Below, one piece after another: positions 38,228 through 50,456 of a DNA stretch of 64,000 nucleotides. The position numbers were made by a program, and so were the translations under genes. Under the pieces are notes generated by a model that was not told the origin of the DNA, ran no database searches, and was given only the letters and a program-made list of their open reading frames with translations. The stretch covers positions 480,001-544,000 of the forward strand of contig CAWJCS010000003.1 in assembly GCA_963841435.1 (NCBI GenBank). The letters run 5' to 3'. Position 1 is the stretch's first letter. Every line of letters begins with the position of its first letter. This DNA comes from an uncultured delta proteobacterium. Lineage in GTDB: Bacteria; Myxococcota_A; Polyangia; Polyangiales; Polyangiaceae.

Positions 38228-41200
38228 TCAGCGCTCGGAGCTCAGACCAGCGAGGTTCGCCACCATCGTCACGAGCTGCTCGGGCTCGACGGGCTTCGCA
38301 AGGTGCATCTGAAAGCCCGCGGCAAACGCCCGGCGCGCGTCCTCGCTGCGCGCGTACGCGCTGAGCGCCATGGCCGGTGTTCGCCCGCCGCGCGTCACGG
38401 GAAGCGCTCGGACGTGACGAATCAACGAGTAGCCGTCCTCGTGCGGCATGCTGAGGTCGCTGACGAGCACGTCGGGGCGGCCGATCTGCAGCTTGTCGAG
38501 CGCCTCGCGCGCCGAGCCGACGGCGTCAACGCGCGCACCGTGTCCGCGCAAGACCTCCGCGACCAGGCCGAGCGCGTCCTCGTCGTCGTCGACGAGCAGC
38601 AGATTGACACCCTCGAGGCGCGGCGCCGTGACGTACGATTGTGGCCGAGGGGTGAGCCGTGCACGGACGACGCGATCACCCGCGGCACCGACTGCCCTGA
38701 GGGGGAGCCACACCGTGAACCTCGCTCCGCTCCCGAGGCCCGGGCTCGTCACCTCGATGCTGCCACCGTGCGCCGCCACGAGCTGCTTGACGATGGCGAG
38801 CCCCAAGCCGAGCCCACCGTGGCGACGCGTGATCGACGTATCGGCCTGCTGGAAGGCCTCGAAGATTCGCGGCAGCGCCTCGGGAGCGATCCCCTCGCCC
38901 GTGTCCTCGACCGCGATGCGCACGCGCGATCCTTCCCCGTTCGCCTCGACGAGGACGCTGCCGCCCTTCGGCGTGAACTTGACGGCATTGGACAGGAGGT
39001 TCGAGACGATCTGCTGCACACGGTCCGCGTCGGCCAGGATCGTCAACCCACCGTCGGGCACGTCGGTCGAGAACACGATGTTCTTCGCTTCTGCCGTCGG
39101 CGTGGCCGTCTGGATCGCGGCAGCGATGGCATCGACCACGTTCGTCGTCGCGAGCGTGAGCGAGAGCTTGCCGCTGGCGATCCGCGATACGTCGAGGACG
39201 TCGTCGATGAGCTTGGCCTGGGTGCGGGCGTTGCGCTCGATCACGGCAAGCGCACGCTCGACCTCCTCGGGCACGCCGCGCCGGCGCAACGTGACGGCCC
39301 AGCCGAGGATCGAGCTGAGCGGCGTGCGAAGCTCGTGCGAAACGACGGCGAGAAAGTCGTCCTTCGCACGATTCGCAAGCTCGGCTTCCGTGCGCAGGCG
39401 GCCTTCGACCTCGCGCGCCCGCTCGACGGCTTGGAGCGCGAGCGCATTCTCGACGGCGATGGCCGCACGCCGGGCGAACTCCTCGGCGATGATGCGATCC
39501 TCGTCGGTGTAGCGCCGCCTCGACTCGGCATAGGCGAAGGTGATCGCGCCGAGTGTCCGGCCGCGCGCGCGCAGGGGCACGACGAGCGCCGATTCGAGCT
39601 CGAGCTGCCGCAGCAAACGGAGGTGCTCGGCATCGCGCGCCGCTGCCTCGATCATGGACGCCGGCACGTGCGGGTAGAGCTCCGAGTTGCCGCTCCGGAT
39701 CACCTCCGACGCCCCGGTGCGCGCGTTCGGATCACGGGGGTAGCGCTCCGCGAGCTTGCGCGCCAGCGCGAGCTTGCCGGGGTCCACGTGAGCCATCGCC
39801 GCCTGACGAGGAGCACGCCCGCTCGGCTCGAGCACGTCGATGACGCACCAATCCGCGATGGTCGGCACGGCGAGCTCGGCGATGGTCAAAAGCGTGACCT
39901 GGTAGTCGAGCGACGCCACGAGGGCCTCTCCCGCGGTCGCCAAAAAGTCGCGATGGGCGCGCTCCGCCTTTTCGCGGGTCACGTCGCGGAACACGAGGAC
40001 GACCCCGAACGCGTCACCAGCATCGTTGCGGATCGGAGCACCGCTATCCTCGATGGGGATCTCTCGGCCGCTCCGCGAGCGAAGCGCGATGTGGTTGGTG
40101 CGACCGAGGACGTCCCCGTCGCGCAGCACCCGCGCGACGGGGCTTTCGACGGGGACGTGGCCGTCCTCCGCGAAGACGACGAAGACCTCGCCGAGCGGAC
40201 GGCCGCGCGCCTCTTGTTCGGTGAATTCAGTGAGCTTTTCGGCGATGGGATTCATGAACGTCACGAGCCCCTCGCGGTCCGTCGCAATCACGGCTTCGCC
40301 GATGCTGCGCAGCGTGGTGGCGAGCCACCGCCGCACCTCGTCCTCCCGCTCGAGCCGCAGCACCCGGACGAGGGCCTGGCCGCACTGCTTGCTCAGCGTG
40401 TCAACCAACGTCCGATCCTCCTTCGAGAAACGCCGGGGCGCATAAAATCCCATGCCGACCAGGCCCACGGGGCGCGCCTCGACGATCAGCGGAACGCTCC
40501 AGAAGGCCTGCGCGCGCGGCGCCTCAGCCTCGATGTCCGCGAGCTCCGGAAGAGCGGCGCGGTAGTCGTCCGCGCCCTCGACCCACAGGGGCTCACCCGA
40601 CTTGAGGGTCGCGAAGGCCGACGGAAGGGCCGCGTCGTCCTCGATGCGAACGATCCTCTCGACGACCACCCGCGCCACGCCTCGATGCCCAATGAGCTCG
40701 AGAGTCTCGCCACGCTCGTCCAGCAAGTGCAGCGTGGCCGTGTCGGCTTCCGCGGCACGCATGCCCTGCTCGAGCACCACCGCGGCAACCTGGGAGCGCG
40801 TTCGCGCCCCCGACAGCGCGACGGCGACTTCCGATAGTGCTCTCAGACGACGGCGACTGCTCCGCTCGAGCTCGTCGAGAAACTCCGCGCGCCGACGCTG
40901 CGAGCGCCAGGAGAAGACCAACAGGCCCATCGACGCGAGCGCGAGAGCAAGCGCAGCGGAAAGCGTCAATGCCGCTCGCGACTGCGCCATCGAGCGCCGC
41001 TCGGCGAGCAATCGCTCTTCCTCGGCGCGGAGCCTCGACCAGTCCTCGCGGAAGGCCTCGATGAGCCCGTTCGTCCGCCCCGACTTCACGCCGAGGACGG
41101 CATCCGATCCGTGCAAGGTCGCCACCAGCGACACAATCTCGTCGAGGCCACGAACGGCAGCCAACGCGTTCCGATCCGCCTCCTCCACGGTCCGAAGCTG

Positions 41201-41515
41201 ACCGGCATTGTCGGTCACGAGTCGCCGCACCCGGGCGGCGGCGGCGCGCTCTCGCGCCACGGCGTCGCGGTACGGCTTGAGGAACTCGCGATCTTCGGAA
41301 AGGATGTAGCCGCGCTCCGCGACCTGGGCGTCGAGCAGCGCCAGCAGCCAGGCGTCAACCTCCCGCCCCACTTCGAGGGTGTGATTCACCCAACGCGTAG
41401 CGGCAACGTACGAGCCGAAAGCGGCCGCGCAGAGGGCGATGACGACGGCGAGACCGACGGCGGCGACGCGAAAGACGAAGTCGTCACCTTTGACGTATTT
41501 GGCCGCCTTGACCAC
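38228..41515 (-). CDS. Hybrid sensor histidine kinase (CHASE3-GAF-PAS-GAF-HisKA-HATPase-REC)
   Basis: WVNHT..ERGYIL (CHASE3); FMNPIAE (PAS); SHELRTPL, NLLSNAVKFT, DTGEGI, GLGLGL; REC SDLSMP..KP. Confidence 0.92.
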   Translation of the reverse strand: MVKAAKYVKGDDFVFRVAAVGLAVVIALCAAAFGSYVAATRWVNHTLEVGREVDAWLLALLDAQVAERGYILSEDREFLKPYRDAVARERAAAARVRRLVTDNAGQLRTVEEADRNALAAVRGLDEIVSLVATLHGSDAVLGVKSGRTNGLIEAFREDWSRLRAEEERLLAERRSMAQSRAALTLSAALALALASMGLLVFSWRSQRRRAEFLDELERSSRRRLRALSEVAVALSGARTRSQVAAVVLEQGMRAAEADTATLHLLDERGETLELIGHRGVARVVVERIVRIEDDAALPSAFATLKSGEPLWVEGADDYRAALPELADIEAEAPRAQAFWSVPLIVEARPVGLVGMGFYAPRRFSKEDRTLVDTLSKQCGQALVRVLRLEREDEVRRWLATTLRSIGEAVIATDREGLVTFMNPIAEKLTEFTEQEARGRPLGEVFVVFAEDGHVPVESPVARVLRDGDVLGRTNHIALRSRSGREIPIEDSGAPIRNDAGDAFGVVLVFRDVTREKAERAHRDFLATAGEALVASLDYQVTLLTIAELAVPTIADWCVIDVLEPSGRAPRQAAMAHVDPGKLALARKLAERYPRDPNARTGASEVIRSGNSELYPHVPASMIEAAARDAEHLRLLRQLELESALVVPLRARGRTLGAITFAYAESRRRYTDEDRIIAEEFARRAAIAVENALALQAVERAREVEGRLRTEAELANRAKDDFLAVVSHELRTPLSSILGWAVTLRRRGVPEEVERALAVIERNARTQAKLIDDVLDVSRIASGKLSLTLATTNVVDAIAAAIQTATPTAEAKNIVFSTDVPDGGLTILADADRVQQIVSNLLSNAVKFTPKGGSVLVEANGEGSRVRIAVEDTGEGIAPEALPRIFEAFQQADTSITRRHGGLGLGLAIVKQLVAAHGGSIEVTSPGLGSGARFTVWLPLRAVGAAGDRVVRARLTPRPQSYVTAPRLEGVNLLLVDDDEDALGLVAEVLRGHGARVDAVGSAREALDKLQIGRPDVLVSDLSMPHEDGYSLIRHVRALPVTRGGRTPAMALSAYARSEDARRAFAAGFQMHLAKPVEPEQLVTMVANLAGLSSER

Positions 41516-41526
41516 GCACCATGCGG

Positions 41527-41895
41527 TTATCCGCTCGACGAGCTCAGCGCAAGTGTCGGCTCGCGCGCAGGGGTCGATTCGGGGCTCGCCCGCTCGTAGC
41601 GCGACAAATTTGCCTCACCGACGACGACTGCTGCGGCGTCGCTTTCCCTCTTCGCGTTGCGAGCCGTCGACGGGACGTTCTCGCGGCCGAAGCGATCGCG
41701 CTCTCCGAACGCTCCCGCACCTTGCATCACGAGCACGAAGCCGATGAACGGCAGGAAGGGGAAAAGAAACATGGCAACGAGCAAGAAGGCGCCGGTCGCG
41801 CCGGCCAGAATCATCGAACCCGCGACGGTCCAATACATGACCGAGACGAGCTTCGCTGCCGCCTTTCGACGGCGAATGGAGTTGGACGTTTTCAT
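41527..41895 (-). CDS. Small membrane protein, hypothetical
   Basis: ATG 41895 just downstream of a sigma54 motif; hydrophobic hairpin YWTVAGSMIL..FLPFIGFVL. Confidence 0.55.
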   Translation of the reverse strand: MKTSNSIRRRKAAAKLVSVMYWTVAGSMILAGATGAFLLVAMFLFPFLPFIGFVLVMQGAGAFGERDRFGRENVPSTARNAKRESDAAAVVVGEANLSRYERASPESTPAREPTLALSSSSG

Positions 41896-41908
41896 GGCAC
41901 GCGTCCAT

Positions 41909-41924
41909 TGCAGTGCTCGTGCCA
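41909..41924 (-). promoter_or_regulatory. Sigma54 -24/-12 promoter
   Basis: TGGCACGAGCACTGCA (GG-N10-GC). Confidence 0.7.
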
Positions 41925-42066
41925 AGGCCGAAACAGAGTCCTTTCGCCACCTTGGCCGTCGCGTCGCGCGGACGTTCGTCCGCCGACACGAGGAGTGTCC
42001 GACTCTTCGATGATCGCGCCGAGCGCTCGGCACGTCGCGTTGAAGTGAGAAGCGCTTCGCGCCGCG

Positions 42067-42101
42067 AAAAAAAAGCGCGAGCGCAACGACGGCGCCCGCG
42101 C
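42067..42101 (-). terminator. Rho-independent terminator after the RRM gene
   Basis: gcgcgggcgc-cgtcgtt-gcgctcgcgc followed by T8 on the minus strand. Confidence 0.8.
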
Positions 42102-42134
42102 CTTCCTTTCGAATTGTGGATGCGAGGTCCCGGC

Positions 42135-42554
42135 TCAGAACCGGTCGCGACGCCCGCCACCTCGACGGCGGTCGCCGTCGTCGCCGCCACCGCCGCCGCC
42201 GCCGCCCCAGCCGCCGCCGCGGTCACCACCGCCGCCGCGTCCACCGAAGCGACGCGCACCGCCGCCGCCGCCGCCACCACGACTCGGCCGTGGTCCGCCA
42301 CCGCCGCCCGCCTGGCGCTCGCGCGCCTCGTTGACCACGATCTCGCGACCATCCAGCGAAGCGCCGTTCATCCCGTTGATCGCGCCCGAGCCCTCTTCCG
42401 GCGTCGAAAACTCGACGAAGCCGAAGCCGCGGGAACGCCCGCTCACGCGGTCGATCACCACGAGTGCCGAGGTCACGTTGCCGAACTTGCCAAACTCACT
42501 TCTCAGCGTGTCCTCGGTCGTCGAGTACGCCAGATTACCCACGTACAGTCTCAT
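42135..42554 (-). CDS. RRM RNA-binding protein with Gly-rich tail
   Basis: RNP2 LYVGNL, RNP1 RGFGFVEF, VNEA. Confidence 0.95.
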   Translation of the reverse strand: MRLYVGNLAYSTTEDTLRSEFGKFGNVTSALVVIDRVSGRSRGFGFVEFSTPEEGSGAINGMNGASLDGREIVVNEARERQAGGGGGPRPSRGGGGGGGARRFGGRGGGGDRGGGWGGGGGGGGDDGDRRRGGGRRDRF

Positions 42555-42873
42555 TTCGAACTCCAGATCCAGCAGCGTCTTCTACGGCCCTTGAACGAAC
42601 GCTCGACGCTCGACGCTCACTGCCGCGCCCACTCCAAGCAGGGGTCGCGCCACGCAGAACTAAACAGCATCGGTCTCATCAACGGACAAACTTTGCTAGA
42701 TCTGGCGAAGGGCGTTGCGAGAATAACACTGCCACCCTCCGCCGACCATGGGCACCCCCTTTTCGGTAAGGCCCCAGTATTTTCAGTCGGAGCGTCGGAG
42801 GTCGGCCCGCCGGCCTCCCCGAAACCAGCTGATTCAACAGGGAATTTCTACTTGTTTGGCTAGCCCCGGTACG

Positions 42874-43188
42874 ATGCATCCGATGTTCGGTCTGGCTGGA
42901 CGCCGGGTAGCCGAGGGCTTGGTGGCGCTCTTTGCGCTGCTCGGGTTCACCTTGGTTCCGCTCGGGCGAAAGACCGCGCTCGAGCACGCCCGGGAAATCT
43001 TCACGACACCGGCCGCGCTGAGCGCCTGGCACGAGCTCGGCGGCGCGGCAGCTCGCCTGCGCGACAAGCTACAGGGCGTGCTCATGCCGGCCATGGCACC
43101 CGAAAACGAGCCCGACCGCGCGGCGGGCACGGCACCGGAGCCCGAGCTCCCGCCGCTACCGCGCCACCATCACGAAAACTCCGAGTAG
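42874..43188 (+). CDS. Small hypothetical membrane-anchored protein
   Basis: TM LVALFALLGFTLVPLG followed by RKTALEH. Confidence 0.5.
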   Translation: MHPMFGLAGRRVAEGLVALFALLGFTLVPLGRKTALEHAREIFTTPAALSAWHELGGAAARLRDKLQGVLMPAMAPENEPDRAAGTAPEPELPPLPRHHHENSE

Positions 43189-43253
43189 CGTCGCGTCACG
43201 GCGAAGCACGGAGTCGCGTCGGCGCACGAGATCGAGCAACCCCCGGGCAGCGA

Positions 43254-43600
43254 TCAGCGCGCCGGACGCTCTTCGGCGGGGTGCTCGTTGTAGTAGGCGT
43301 CGAGGCTCTCCTTCGAGATGCGCACGGCCACGAGCCCATCGCCCGTGATGTGCGCCTGGCAACCGAGGCGCGAGCTCATCTGCACGTCGAACGCCTTGTC
43401 GAGAATGTCCTCCTCGTCCTCGCTTGCCTCACTCAGCAAATCAGCGCCCTCGTCGACGTAGACGTGGCACGTGGAGCACGCGCACACGCCACCGCAAGCG
43501 CTGCCCTCGGGCGCCCCGGCTTTTTGCGCGGCCTGGAGGATGGATGTGCCGACGGGCACCTCGACCTCGCGATCTTGAGGTAAAAACCGCACCTTGGGCA

Positions 43601-43601
<1 letters not shown>
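43254..43601 (-). CDS. fdx: ISC-type [2Fe-2S] ferredoxin
   Basis: CGGVCACSTCHV..SRLGCQ; isc context. Confidence 0.93.
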
Positions 43602-45525
<1,924 letters not shown>

Positions 45526-45526
<1 letters not shown>

Positions 45527-46044
45527 CAGCCCATCTCGTCTTCGGCGGCGTCCGCTTCGTCGAGGAAGCGCACGTGGTAGCGGAGCTCGCCGAGCAGCGC
45601 CTCGACACGAGCGAGATCGGGTGGATCCTCGGAAAACAGGCCCGCGATGGCTTCGACGACGGCGCGCCGCTGCTGGCGGACCGTCGCCGTGAGGGCGCGC
45701 ACCGCGGCCAGATCACCACGGCGCTTCGCTTCGCCGAGCGCTTCGCGCCGCTCGAGCACCTCCATGAGCAGCATGGGAGCGGCGGGCGCAGCGCCCACCT
45801 CGCCCGCGTGCTTTCCGTGACGCGCGAGCAGTGCCTCCGCTCGTCCGACCGGGTCGCGCAGCTTCCTGAACGCCTGGTTCACCTCGATGGCACGGCCGAG
45901 CGCCTGCCGCCGCTCGCCCGCGGGTCGGCCCGCGTAGCGATCCGGGTGGAGCGCGCGACTCAGCTCGAGGTGGCGACGCTCGAGCAGCGCGTCATCCAGC
46001 TCGAACACGGGCGCGAGCCCGAGAGTCTCGTACGGGTCGGTCAC
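45526..46044 (-). CDS. hscB: Fe-S assembly co-chaperone
   Basis: GTG 46044 overlaps the iscA stop; [22 protein letters not shown]. Confidence 0.9.
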
Positions 46045-46445
46045 CTGACGGTGAAGGAGTGGCCGCAGCCACAGCGCGACGCCTCTTGCGGGTTCTTGAA
46101 CTTGAAGCCCGAAAACACGAGGGTCTTTTCGAAATCCAGTGCCGACCCCGCGAGGTACACGAAGCTCTTCTTGTCGACGTAGAAGCGCACGCCGTCGGCA
46201 TCGATGACCAGGTCCCGCTCGCGGGGCGGATCGTCGGAAAACTCGATGACGTACGAGAAGCCCGAGCAGCCGCCACCCCGCACGCCGAGGCGGATCGCCG
46301 CGTCGGGTGTGCCGCGCTGGAGGAGGCGCCTCTTCGCGTACTCGACCGCCGCGTCCGTGATCATGACCGTCTTCTTGGTCAGTACGGGATCCGGCGGTGC
46401 CGCCTCTTTCGGCGGCGTGGCTCGTGAACCGGCGAGGTGCTCCAT
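46041..46445 (-). CDS. iscA: A-type Fe-S carrier
   Basis: GGGCSGFSY, CGCGHSF. Confidence 0.93.
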   Translation of the reverse strand: MEHLAGSRATPPKEAAPPDPVLTKKTVMITDAAVEYAKRRLLQRGTPDAAIRLGVRGGGCSGFSYVIEFSDDPPRERDLVIDADGVRFYVDKKSFVYLAGSALDFEKTLVFSGFKFKNPQEASRCGCGHSFTVR

Positions 46446-46450
46446 GGCTC

Positions 46451-46888
46451 CTACCCTGCGCGCTCCTCGCTCGTCGTCGCGACGGGCGGCTGGGAGAGCG
46501 CCTCACGCGCGGCGCGCTTCTTCTTGTAGTCCTCGATCGCGCTCTTGATGGCGTCTTCGGCGAGGACGGAGCAGTGGATCTTGACGGGCGGGAGGCTCAG
46601 CTCCTCGGCAATCTGGCTGTTGGCGATGGTGCCCGCCTCGTCGAGCGTCTTGCCCTTCAGCCATTCGGTGGCCAGCGACGACGACGCGATGGCGGAGCCG
46701 CAGCCGAAGGTCTTGAACTTGGCGTCCTTGATGACGCCGTCGTCGCCCACGCGGATCTGCAGCCGCATGACGTCGCCGCATGCCGGCGCACCGACGAGCC
46801 CAGTCCCGACGTCCGAGTCGCCCGTGTCGAGGGCGCCCACGTTCTTCGGGTTTTCGTAGTGCTCGATGACTTTTTCGCTGTAGGCCAT
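46451..46888 (-). CDS. iscU: Fe-S scaffold protein
   Basis: MAYSEKVIEHYENP, APACGDV, FGCGSAIASSS, LPPVKIHCS. Confidence 0.97.
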   Translation of the reverse strand: MAYSEKVIEHYENPKNVGALDTGDSDVGTGLVGAPACGDVMRLQIRVGDDGVIKDAKFKTFGCGSAIASSSLATEWLKGKTLDEAGTIANSQIAEELSLPPVKIHCSVLAEDAIKSAIEDYKKKRAAREALSQPPVATTSEERAG

Positions 46889-47038
46889 GACTCTTCTCTG
46901 CGGTTCTGCGGGCCTAGCCCGCCGTATGTGGGAAATCGTGGGGCAGCGCCCCACCTGAAACGAGCCCGCGGAACGCCGTGGCCCGATTCCGGGTCGCCGG
47001 ACATTCGCTGGAAATACCGTGCCTATTCACGACAAAAC

Positions 47039-48262
47039 CTAATGCGCAGCCCACTGAATACTCTTCAAATCGATGCCCTGCTGGTGCATCTCCCACAGGG
47101 GTGACATGTCACGAAGCTTCTTCACCTTGGCGACCACGAGGTCGGCGACGTAGTCGACCTCCTCCTCGGTATTGAAGCGCCCGAGACCGAAGCGGATCGA
47201 GGAGTGTGCGTCGGCCTCGTCGAGGCCCATCGAGCGCAGCACGTAGCTCGGCTCGAGACTCGCGCTCGTGCAGGCCGAGCCGCTCGAAACCGCAACGTCC
47301 TTGATGGCCATCATGAGGCCCTCGCCCTCGACGAACGCGAAGGAGATGTTGAGGTTGCCGGGCAGGCGACGCTCGAGGTCGCCGTTGACGATGACCTGAT
47401 CGAGCGACGCCGTGATGCGGGTGTAGAGACGATCGCGCAGGCGCTTGATGCTCTCGATCTCCTCCGCCCCCTCGCGCTCGAGGATCTCGCAGGCCTTGCC
47501 GAAGCCGACGATGCCGGGAACGTTGAGGGTGCCCGAGCGGTTGCCGCGCTCGTGCCCGCCGCCGTCCATCTGGGCACCGAGCCGGACGCGGGGCTTCGAG
47601 CGACGCACGTAAAGCGCGCCCACGCCCTTCGGTCCGTAGATCTTGTGCGCCGTGAGCGAGGCCAGATCGACGTTCATGCGCCGCACGTCGAACGGCGTCT
47701 TGCCGATGCCCTGCACGGCGTCGACGTGGAAGATCACGCCGCGCTTGCGGGTGATCTTGCCGAGCTCCTCGATGGGCTGGATGGTGCCGACCTCGTTGTT
47801 GGCGAGCATCACGCTCACGAGGATCGTCTTGTCCGTGATCGCCTTCTCCAGGTCGGCAGGGTCGACGACGCCGCTCGGACCGACCGGCAGATAGGTGACC
47901 TCGAAGCCTTCCTTTTCGAGGCGCTTGCAGGAGTCGAGCACGGCCTTGTGCTCGATGACGGTCGTGATGACGTGCTTGCCCTTCGTGCCGTAAAACTCGG
48001 CGACACCCTTGATCGCGAGGTTGTCGCTCTCGGTGGCGCCGGAGGTGAACACGATCTCCTTGCCGGACTCCGCGCCGATGAGGCGCGCGATGGCGTCGCG
48101 TGCGCCGTCGACGGCGGCCTCGGCGCGCCAGCCGAACGCATGGGTGCGGCTCGCGGCGTTGCCGAAATCCTCGGTAAAGTAGGGCAACATCGCCTCGAGC
48201 ACGCGCGGGTCGAGCGGCGTCGTGGCGTGATTGTCCATGTAGATGGGGAGCTTGAGCGACAT
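47039..48262 (-). CDS. iscS: Cysteine desulfurase
   Basis: [27 protein letters not shown]-terminal WAAH. Confidence 0.97.
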   Translation of the reverse strand: MSLKLPIYMDNHATTPLDPRVLEAMLPYFTEDFGNAASRTHAFGWRAEAAVDGARDAIARLIGAESGKEIVFTSGATESDNLAIKGVAEFYGTKGKHVITTVIEHKAVLDSCKRLEKEGFEVTYLPVGPSGVVDPADLEKAITDKTILVSVMLANNEVGTIQPIEELGKITRKRGVIFHVDAVQGIGKTPFDVRRMNVDLASLTAHKIYGPKGVGALYVRRSKPRVRLGAQMDGGGHERGNRSGTLNVPGIVGFGKACEILEREGAEEIESIKRLRDRLYTRITASLDQVIVNGDLERRLPGNLNISFAFVEGEGLMMAIKDVAVSSGSACTSASLEPSYVLRSMGLDEADAHSSIRFGLGRFNTEEEVDYVADLVVAKVKKLRDMSPLWEMHQQGIDLKSIQWAAH

Positions 48263-48272
48263 GGGGAAGGAC

Positions 48273-48812
48273 TCAGGTTAGGTGCACGGCGGTCACGAGC
48301 TCTGGTGCCTGCGGGCGCTCGGGATGGCGCTCGCAGGTCGGGCACGAGTGGACGGGCGCCTCCGGCTCACAGGCCGTGTTGCAGGCCGTGAGGTAGTCGA
48401 GGCTCGCTTCGAGCTCTAGCTCGAGCTCGCGCAGCGCCGAGAGCCTCAGACGCGTCTCTTCGAGCTGCTTGAGGTAGACGCCGCGAAGCTTTTGCGCGGC
48501 CTGGGGCGCCGAGCCCGAGCCTTCTTGCTCGCGCACGAGGCTCTGGATCTCGGAAAGTGAGAGACCGAGATTTTGGAGCTTCGCGATCCAGCGCACCCGG
48601 ACGAGCGCATCGTGCGTGAACAGGCGGTAGCGACCCTTCGAGCGCTCGTGAGCCTTCAGAAGCCCGAGCTCTTCGTAGAGGTGGATGGCCCGCACCGTCT
48701 TGTTTGCGGCCTTAGCGAGGTCACCCACCTGGAACAGATCGAGCTCGCGCTCGAGCTCTCCGGGGCGGGAGGGCTCCTCGATGTTGGCTAGAGGGAGATG
48801 GCGGGGCGGCAT
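48273..48812 (-). CDS. MerR-family regulator with C-terminal four-Cys cluster
   Basis: [33 protein letters not shown]; tail CNTAC-X8-CPTC. Confidence 0.9.
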   Translation of the reverse strand: MPPRHLPLANIEEPSRPGELERELDLFQVGDLAKAANKTVRAIHLYEELGLLKAHERSKGRYRLFTHDALVRVRWIAKLQNLGLSLSEIQSLVREQEGSGSAPQAAQKLRGVYLKQLEETRLRLSALRELELELEASLDYLTACNTACEPEAPVHSCPTCERHPERPQAPELVTAVHLT

Positions 48813-48830
48813 TCCAGTGTGAGCAAACTC

Positions 48831-48877
48831 ACCCTTACGTATGGGTAAGGGTTAGTCCCCGCCGGACCCTCTGTCAA
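48831..48877 (-). promoter_or_regulatory. Sigma70-like promoter with overlapping palindromic operator for the merR-isc operon
   Basis: TTGACA (48877-48872)-N17-TAACCC; inverted repeat ACCCTTAC-N6-GTAAGGGT at 48831-48852. Confidence 0.7.
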
Positions 48878-48900
48878 CCGCCCTCGGGCCCGACGGGCGC

Positions 48901-49677
48901 CTACTTGGCGACGGGGGCGTCGTAGCGGCGCAGGCGCGCCTCGATGCGGCGCCGCCGATCGCGGGATTCGTCGAGCAGGACCTCGAGCTCGAGGTTCTTA
49001 TCGTGCCAAACGGCGGGACGCGCATCGGGCGGAGCCGCACCAAGCGGCGGCGCCCCGGCCTCTGAGTTGACCGAGCCACGCACGAGCCGCGAGATCCGCG
49101 GGACGCTCGCGAAGTAGCCGGAGCGCACGTCGTTACCGATCGCGACGCCGACGAGCTCCCCGGCATCGTTGAAGAGACCGGACCCGGATGCGCCGGGCGC
49201 AAGCCGCTCGGTGTGCACGAACCCCTCGTCGACCGTCTGGGGGTGAACGATCACGCCGCTCCACGGCACGGGCACGTGGGCCACCATGCGCGTCGTGCGC
49301 TCGGGGTCGAGCGGCGCTCGCGAGAGCTCGGCCGGAACGAGCCCCGTCGCGCTGAAAGCGGCGAGATCGGAGCCCGCATCGCGCCTGAGCACGTGGCCCG
49401 TGTCGCTGCGCGCACGAACACGGCCGCGATCGACGGTGGCATAGTGAACGATGCGGCCGGGCACGCAGTGGCTCGCCGTCACCGCGAGATCCGGGGAAAG
49501 CGCGACCGCACCACAGACGATGCCGCGCGGCCCTTCGATGGCGAGCGTGGATTCATCGCCAATCGCGGGACTTTCGGACGGGGAGGCGTGGCAGGCGACA
49601 GCGAGCGCAAGGGTACCGAGCACCCCGAGCCCACACGACCGCCCACCCCGCCGAGCGGGGACGAGGGAACCGAGCAC
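48901..49677 (-). CDS. Trypsin-like serine protease lipoprotein
   Basis: Lipobox AVAC; catalytic triad motifs TASHC, SDLA, PGASGSG. Confidence 0.75.
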   Translation of the reverse strand: MLGSLVPARRGGRSCGLGVLGTLALAVACHASPSESPAIGDESTLAIEGPRGIVCGAVALSPDLAVTASHCVPGRIVHYATVDRGRVRARSDTGHVLRRDAGSDLAAFSATGLVPAELSRAPLDPERTTRMVAHVPVPWSGVIVHPQTVDEGFVHTERLAPGASGSGLFNDAGELVGVAIGNDVRSGYFASVPRISRLVRGSVNSEAGAPPLGAAPPDARPAVWHDKNLELEVLLDESRDRRRRIEARLRRYDAPVAK

Positions 49678-49873
49678 GCCCCCTCTTGTGGGCGCGGCCC
49701 GCCCGTGATCACCCTGCCCGTGGCGGCGACACCGAGGGCCCCTGACGCACCTGGAGGGGCTCGCCGGGAGCCAAAACGCAAAGCTGAGCCAAAACGTACG
49801 GCCCCGGGGACATCACGAAAGAGAAGTCGATGCGAACCCCCAACCCAGCGTCGATCCGTGGGAACCATGTCGC

Positions 49874-50452
49874 GTGGTAACGGAATCGAACCCCTCGACC
49901 CGATCGGGAGCGGGGCCGACGGACGCCGCCCTGGTTCTGGCCGCGCGAGCAGGGGAAAGCTGGGCGCAGGAGGCGCTCTATCAGCGCTACGCCCGGATGG
50001 TGATTGGACTCTCGCAGCGGATCCTCGCGGGGCGGGACGACGCGGACGATCTCGCCCAGGACGCCTTCGTCTACGCCTTCACGCGCCTCGACACCTTGCA
50101 AAATCCGCAGGCTTTCCAGGCCTGGCTGCGCTCGATCGTGGCGCGCACGGCGAGCAAGCGGCTGCGGCGACAGCGCCTGCTCGTGCGGCTCGGCATCAAG
50201 CGAGCCGAGCCGATCGAGCCGGACACCGTGGTCGCTCCGACGGCACCAGCGGACGTCGCCGCCGAGCTCCGGAGCATCTACCGCGTGCTCGAGCGACTGC
50301 CGCCGGAGGAGCGGGTGGCGCTCGTGCTGCGTCGAGTGGAGGGGCTCGACCTCGCGGAGATTGCCGAGCACATGAAGCTCAGCCTCGCCACGGTCAAGCG
50401 GCGCATCGTGGCCGCCGAAGCGCGCCTCGAGCGGGCGAAGGTGCGCGGGTGA
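49874..50452 (+). CDS. ECF sigma factor
   Basis: DADDLAQDAF, FQAWLRSI, region 4 LAEIAEHMKLSLATVKRRI. Confidence 0.92.
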   Translation: MVTESNPSTRSGAGPTDAALVLAARAGESWAQEALYQRYARMVIGLSQRILAGRDDADDLAQDAFVYAFTRLDTLQNPQAFQAWLRSIVARTASKRLRRQRLLVRLGIKRAEPIEPDTVVAPTAPADVAAELRSIYRVLERLPPEERVALVLRRVEGLDLAEIAEHMKLSLATVKRRIVAAEARLERAKVRG

Positions 50453-50456
50453 ACCG

